Shown one piece after another: positions 1 to 64,000 of a stretch of DNA of 64,000 nt. The translations under genes and the position numbers were made by a program. The stretch is from assembly GCF_009914755.1 (NCBI RefSeq), contig NC_060929.1, one strand, 5' to 3'. The stretch is from the human T2T-CHM13v2.0 reference genome, Homo sapiens. The notes beneath the pieces were generated by a model. It was not told the DNA's origin. It searched no databases and saw nothing but the letters and a program-made list of their open reading frames with translations. Every line of letters begins with the position of its first letter. The first letter of the stretch is position 1.

Positions 1-6897
<6,897 letters not shown>

Positions 6898-7085
6898 ATG
6901 TATCAGGGCAATTCCAGAAATATGAATTCACTTGCTAAGAATACAATGGTTGTGTCCCTCCATTCAGGAAGCTCAGCAAAACCCCATTTCCCTAATCAGA
7001 GCTAAATGTCTATATTATGTGACAGCAACATTTACTCACTTATTTATAAAATTTGCATGATTTTAGAGAAAAAAATATAGAATAC

Positions 7086-57215
<50,130 letters not shown>

Positions 57216-58756
57216 CTAGAAAAAGGTTATTTATGTAAGGGAACCCAGATTGAGGGTGTATTACTGTGAATGTGTGCTAGCAGACTACTCTAAGTAACAT
57301 CAAATATCTCTTTTGAAAATACTGTTTGGATTTATCTATAAATCCTTGTCCAATAAAAAAAGAATTAATGTAGTTGCTACTGAATTTTAATTTGTTGATA
57401 CATGAGTTTCTTATCATTAAAAAAGACTAAAGGAAGAATGAAAGGGAGAAAGAGAAAAAGAAAGAAGGAGGGAAGAAAAGAAAGGGAGAAGGAGGTAAGG
57501 GGGATGGAAGGTGGGAAAGCAGGCAGGCAGAAAGGCAGGAGGCAAGAAAGGCTGAGGTAGAAACATCAGTGGCTCAGCTGCTAGTGAAATGAAGTTAGCA
57601 AATACACCAAGAATTAGGACTGGGTTCTGTAGTAGTAAATATAATTTTAACAGGTTCCAGGAGATAATTATGTCTTCCGTCTATACCTGTGCTGCCGCTG
57701 CTCCTCCTCAGACTGTTGGTGAAAAAGTGGTCAATCTATTACTACTGTTACTACTTCTCAAACAACCTCCTCTATACAGCTCTCCCTGAGCTCCCCCAAT
57801 GCCTCACCATCCACTGCTGCCCAGAGAAAAACGACTTCTCCTTCTTTTCACACACATATTACTGCCCAATATACTCCATATTATACTTATTTCTTTCATA
57901 TCAGTCTCTCCTAGTGTACTCTAACTTTCTTGAGGGTGGGACTATCTTTTTCTTAAATAATTTATTATTTTTCAACAGGAAATTAATGAATATGGTTCAA
58001 AATACAGAAGGCTCAGACAAAAATACAATGCAAAATAAGTTTCCCTCCTCTACCCCTGTTCTATTATTTTTTCCTGAGTCAGCCGTGGTTAATTTATTTG
58101 GAATTTTTCCAGCAATAGTCTAGTCCAATAGGTATGTATGTATGTATATATACATAATATGTATGTATACATATTTTCTTACACAAATGGTCATATATTA
58201 TATACACTCTGTATTTTGCCTTGTTTCCTCCACCCTCCTAACAAGTCCTTGGAAACTGTTCCATATCAGTGTAGACTACACTTCCTCATTCTTTTCAGCA
58301 GCTAAGCAATAGTTTACTATGTGAACATACTATAATTTATTTCACCAGTACCCTATTAATGAATGTTTAAGTTGCTTCGAAGCTTTTACTACAGATATAT
58401 GTCTTCATATTCCCAGAGACTATCTTAGTATCTTACGTGAAGTAAATACTAAAAAGTATTGTTTAGTAAAAGAATGAATGTAGGGCAGGAAGGATATGGT
58501 GAGTAGGCTTTAAGTAACATTATACTAAAAGAAGCCTAAATTTCCATGTTAATGTATGGAATGAGAGGAAGGATATAAATTTCTATCCAGTGTATGTACC
58601 TAAAAATTAAAAGCGTATATATATTTCCTTTTATAAGAAAGCATCCTAGCCTACTAAAGTAGTTTGAATCTTTCTCTCTTACCTTTGATATTATCTAGTT
58701 TGTGCCATTCACAGACACAGCAGGTACACTTTCCTCATCTTCCTATAATAAAATGA

Positions 58757-59074
<318 letters not shown>

Positions 59075-59336
59075 ACTGTGCCAGGCTTTTAAAGAAGATA
59101 TATATCTCTCTTTTGAGATAATAACTAGGTGGTCTTGGGTATACCACATCTCTTTTGAAACTACTTTTTAATCACTTTGTACTCTGAGATGTGTGTGTAT
59201 GTATGTGTGCATGTCCTTCTGGTGTATTAATGTTAATTCATGTTTAAAATCATAAAAGCAATATTTGCACATTGCAAAAAAAGTTAAAAATTACAGAAAG
59301 GTATTAAGTGGAAAGTCAAAGTTCCTCCGCACTTAT

Positions 59337-60780
59337 CGTGGTAGGCTGAAAATGCCCCCTCATCCACCCTCACCAAAAGATATCCATGTCTTCATCTCTA
59401 GAACTTGTAAATGTCAACTTTATTTGGAAAAAAGACCTTTGCAAATATGATTAAGTTAAGGATTTTGAGATTAGTGGCTTATCTTCAATTATCTCAGTGA
59501 GCCTTAAATACCATCACAAGCATCCTTAAGAAAGAGGCTGAGCAGGATTTCACATGCACACACAGAGGAAAAGCTGAGGTAAAGTCAAGGGAGAGGTTGA
59601 AGTGATGCAGTCAAAATCAAGGAAGGCTGGCAGCCACTGGAAGCTGAAAGAGGCAAGTAACAGATTATCCTCTACAGCCTCTGGAGGGAGTCAAGCCCCA
59701 CTGATATCTTGATTTTAGCCCAGTGATTCTGATTTTGGACTTCTAGTCTGTAGAGCTGTGAGAGAATAAATTTCTGTTGCTTTAAGCCACCCAGTTTGTG
59801 CTGGGTTATAGCTGTCATAGGAAACCTATACAGATTTGGGTACCAGAAAGTGGGGTGCTATTGTAACAAATACCTAAAAATGTAGACGTGGCTTTGGAAC
59901 TGGAAAGCCTGGATTGTCTTGAACAGACATCTGGTAGAAATGTGGATGTTAAAGATCCTACCAGGGAGGGCTTAGGAGGAGCATATTAGAGAGAACCTGT
60001 ATCATCTTAGATAATGCATATATCATCATGAACACAATGTTGGTGAAAAAATGAGCATTAAAGGCATTATTTGCAAGGGCTCAGAAGGAAATATAGAACA
60101 AGTTTTTAGAAGCTGGAGGAAAGGCGTTCCTTGCTATACAGTACCAGAAAGCCTAGATTTGTCCTGCAAGTTGTGTGAAAGCAGAACTTATAAATGCTAA
60201 ACTTAGAGGTTTGGCTGAGGTGATTTCCAAGTTAAGCACTGAGAGTGCAACCTGGTTTCTTCTTGGGGATTATAGTAAAATGTGAGGAGAAAAAGATAAA
60301 TTGAAGAAAGAACTGTTAGGCAAAAAGGAACCAGAACTTGATGATTTGGGAAATTCTGTCCATCAAGATTGGAAAAGATGGTAAAAGTTGGAGATTCCTG
60401 TAAGAAAAGTGTGCTTTGTAGAGAAGGCCAAGGGCATAGCTGGAAAACCTTTGTTAATGCTGAAGAGAGTAGGAATGTGACTCATGGACCCATTCAACCA
60501 TCTTAGCAGAAGCCAGAAATATAGGTGGGCCTGTGGAAATATCTGTGAAAGATCCTGTTGTCTAGTGGCATGAATCCCTGATCTATGAAAGACCCTGTTG
60601 TCTAATGGCATGAATCCCTGTGACACACGGTAAACTCACAAGGTTTTTTGAAAATGCTCTGTCTGCAGAAACACTGCATCTTAGACTGAAAGAGAGAGAA
60701 TGAAATGAAGAACTGCCAAGATTTTAGAGACAGTAAATAGGTTAATGAAACTACTCACCTGCAAATGTATGCTACCCTTC
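59337..60780 (+). mobile_element. MLT1 LTR (59337-59832) followed by MaLR internal sequence
   Basis: LTR motifs, then gatttgggtaccagaaagtggggtgcta typical of the MaLR-int start; 27-bp duplication at about 60554-60620. Confidence 0.78.
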
Positions 60781-60799
60781 AAAAGAAAAGAAAACACCA

Positions 60800-63541
60800 A
60801 GAACAGAGAGTTAGCAATGAGTGAAGAGTAACAGATGGCTGTGATATAATAGAGGCAGACTACTCAGAAGCTTAGGAGATTAGCGAATAGATAGTCAAAG
60901 AGAGCCTGGCTAAAACTATAGTCCATCTTGGTGGCCCAGAAGAATGTTGTGTATATCCAAGGCAATGTCCTTTGAGGAGATGCTAGAGAAGAAACTTCTG
61001 AGTTACTGGTCCCTGGCTAAATGTAGGCCAAACTCAAAACTCCCTGAAGAATGAACATAGTCTATAAGCCACACCAGATCCAACAGTAAAATGTAAAAAT
61101 CTTTCTGATTCAGGAAGGTTAAACACAACCTCTAACCAATCAGTAATTGACCACTAAATGGTCTTGAACCAAGGGTATTCTGTTGGAAACCAGGATAAAG
61201 ATAAAAACAAGAAAAAAATTTTGCAAACAGGGTCACAAGACTGCACACTGTGAGGGAAATAGACTTCACAACTTATCAAACAAAGAAGCAACCCAAGTTG
61301 GGCATGTGGGTTGGGGGACTCAGGATCCAGAGTTGCTATAATACATTATCTTAAATGTCCAGTTTTGGCCGGATGTAGTGGCTCATGCCTGTCCCAGTGC
61401 TTTGGGAGGCCAAGGCAGGAAGATAACTTGAGGCCAGCAGTTCTAAACCAGCCTAGGTGACACAAGCAAGATTCCATCTCTACAAAAAATACAAGTAAAA
61501 ATAATTTTTTAAAAAGCTGGGTGTGGTGGTGCATGCCTATTGTCCCAACCACTCAGGCAGCTAAGGCAGGAGGATCACCTGTTCCCAAAAATTCGAGGCT
61601 GCAGTGAGCTATGATCACATCACTGCACTCCAGCCTGGGCAACAGAGTGAGATTCTGTCTCAAAAGAGAGAGAGATAGTGAGAAGGAGAGAAAGACAGAC
61701 ATGAAAAGAAACACTAAAGTATGACCCATACACAGGATAAAAAGCAGCCACAGGAACTGCTTTGAGAGGGCCTATATGTGCAAAAAAACACTCTAAAACA
61801 GCTATTATAAATATGTTCAAAGAGCTGATGAAAGCCATGTTTAAAGAATTAAGAAAAAATATGTTGATAATTTATAAAATAGAGAATATTAATAAACAGA
61901 AAGTTTTAAAAAAATCAAATGGAAATTCTGGAATTCAAAAGTATAATAACTGAAAAGAAAAATTCACCAGAGGCCTCAACAGGAAGTTTAAGCTGACAGA
62001 AAAAAAGAATCACTGAATTTGGAGAGACAGATTAACAAAGATTACACAATCAGAAGAACAGATTTTTAAAAGAATGAAGAAAAATGAATAGAACATCAGA
62101 GAAATATAGGGCACCATTAAGCACAACAACATACACATTACAGGAGTTCCAGAAAGACAGGAGAGAGAAAAAGCAGCAGAGAAAAATATTCAAAGAAATA
62201 ATAGCTGAAAACTTGCCAAATCTGATGCAAAGCATTAATGCACACATCTAAGAAGCACAACATACTCCAAAAAAGATAAACAAAAGGGATATATATCTAG
62301 ACATAATCAAAGTCAAAATGTTAAAAGTCAAAGATAAAATCATGAAAGCAGCAAAGGAAAAAGAACTTATCATTTAGATAAGAACCCCAATAAAATTAGT
62401 ATCTCACTTATTAGAAACAATGAGGTCCAGAGACAATGGGATGAGACAGTCAAAATGCTGAAAGGAAAAAAAACTGCCAAGCAAGAATCTTATATCTAGC
62501 AAAACTATAAATGAAAGCAAAATAAAGACATTCACAGATAAAAAAAAAAAAGCTGATAGAATTTATTGGTAGAAGACCTGCTTTAAAGGAAATACTAAAG
62601 GTAACTGGGCTGAAAGCAAGTGACAATAACTCAAATCCACATGAAAAAGCCTATGAATAATGGTAATTATACAGATAATTATGGGAGATAATATGATTGT
62701 ATATTTATTTTCCTTTATTCCCTTAACTGATTTAAAAAGCAATGGCATAAAACAATATGATATTGTATTACAAGGCCTATAACATTTATAAATGTAATAT
62801 ACTTGATAATAATACCACAAAAGAGGCAGATCAGAATAAAGCTGAATTGGAGTAAAACAATGATACCAGTTGGTAACTTGAATCTATAGGAAAACATGCA
62901 CAGAGCCAGAAATGTAAAATAGGAAGCTTAATAAAATAAACTCTATAAATAAATACTTGCTCTTCTTATCTCAGCTTCTTTAAGAGACCTAAGACCATAT
63001 AAAGTAATATTTGTAACAATATATTGTATTTATAAAATATACAAACATAATATGTATAACAGTAATAGAACAAAAATAGGGAAAAATAATTTTGTTATAC
63101 GGAAACAATGTTTCTATATCTCACTGGAAAAAGGTTAGCATAAGAATGAAGTCAGTTCTGATAACTTAAGAAGCCCTAGAGCATCCACTAAGAGCATAAC
63201 TCAAAAATATACTAAAAAAATCATTAAAGGAATTAAATTGTTACACCAGAAAATATTCACTTAATGTAAAAAGAAAAGCAGTATAGGTGGGAAAAACACA
63301 AAAAGATGAGATAGACTGAAAACAAAAAGGGAAATGGCAGGTTTAAATCCAACCATATCAATAACAACATTAAATATGAATGGATTAAACAACCTAATCA
63401 AAAGGCAGAGATGGTAAGATGTGATTCTTTTTAAAAATATACTATCTGAGACATACATTGGATTCAAAGATAACAAACAAGATGAAAGTCAAAGGATGGA
63501 AAAAGACATACCATGCAAATGGCAAAAGAGACCTGGAGTGG
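60800..63541 (+). mobile_element. Ancient L1M 5' portion (degenerate ORF1 to ORF2 start), with an AluJ at 61366-61665
   Basis: gaaataatagctgaaaacttgccaaat ORF1 motif; ORF2 start motif near 63350; left boundary approximate. Confidence 0.7.
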
Positions 63542-64000
63542 TGGTCTGGTTTGGCTCTGTGTCCCCACTCAAATCTCATCTTGAATTGTAATACCATAAT
63601 CCCCACATGTTGCGGGAGGGACGCAGTGGGAGATAATTGAATCATGGGGGCGGTTTCTCTATGAACAGTGTTCTCATGGTAATGAATAAGTCTCATGATA
63701 TCTGATGGCTTAATAAGGGGAAATCTATTTCTCTTGGTTCTCATTCTCTCTCTTGCTGCTGCCATGTAAGAAGTGCTTTTCCCCTTATGCCATGATTGTG
63801 AAGCCTCCCTAGCCACATGGAACTATAAGTCCATTAAACCTCTTTCTTCTGTAAATTGCCCAGTCTTGGGTATGTCTTTATCAACAGTGTAAAAACAAAC
63901 TAAAACAGTAAATTGGTACCAGTAGAGTGGGGTGCTGCTGAAAAGATACCTGAAAATGTGGAAGCAACTTTGGAACTGGCTAACAGGCAGAGGGTGGTAC
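63542..64000 (+). mobile_element. THE1 (A/B-like) LTR (63542-63907) plus start of THE1-int
   Basis: LTR consensus, then gtaaattggtaccagtagagtggggtgctg. Confidence 0.9.
63804..63816 (+). other. PRDM9 hotspot 13-mer CCTCCCTAGCCAC in THE1 context
   Basis: Exact match to CCNCCNTNNCCNC. Confidence 0.8.

Noticed and set aside
57689-58123. 144-aa plus-strand ORF
   Set aside because: Non-ATG start, AT-rich biased composition, overlaps degenerate repeat sequence, no recognisable domain.
60554-60620. 27-bp direct repeat with about 40-bp period
   Set aside because: Simple local duplication inside MaLR internal sequence.

Overview
Primate (human-like) genomic DNA lying inside ANKRD31, the meiotic double-strand-break regulator and REC114 partner, on the minus strand. 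I assembled 11 GT-AG coding exons between 57215 and 7086. They splice into one uninterrupted 3624-nt (1208-codon) frame covering the end of ankyrin cluster 1, a long low-complexity linker, ankyrin cluster 2, a helical region and the start of the RAMA domain; both ends of the gene lie outside the window. The introns are mostly transposons: two near-full-length L1PA6-type elements in opposite orientation, two 5'-inverted L1s, older L1PB/L1M pieces, about 12 Alus, a solo LTR12 inside an L1 5'UTR, MaLR LTRs and hAT MITEs. Most ORFs in the supplied track are L1/Alu/LTR debris. Most notable observations: (1) the two L1PA6 copies share private inactivating frameshifts despite independent insertion sites, and they bracket an in-frame five-exon block; (2) a diverged tandem copy of a 53-nt coding exon with an open frame; (3) a sense-oriented LTR12 promoter upstream of the C-terminal exons; (4) a perfect 32-bp-arm hairpin; (5) an exact PRDM9 13-mer in a THE1 LTR. 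All family assignments are by eye, without database searches.
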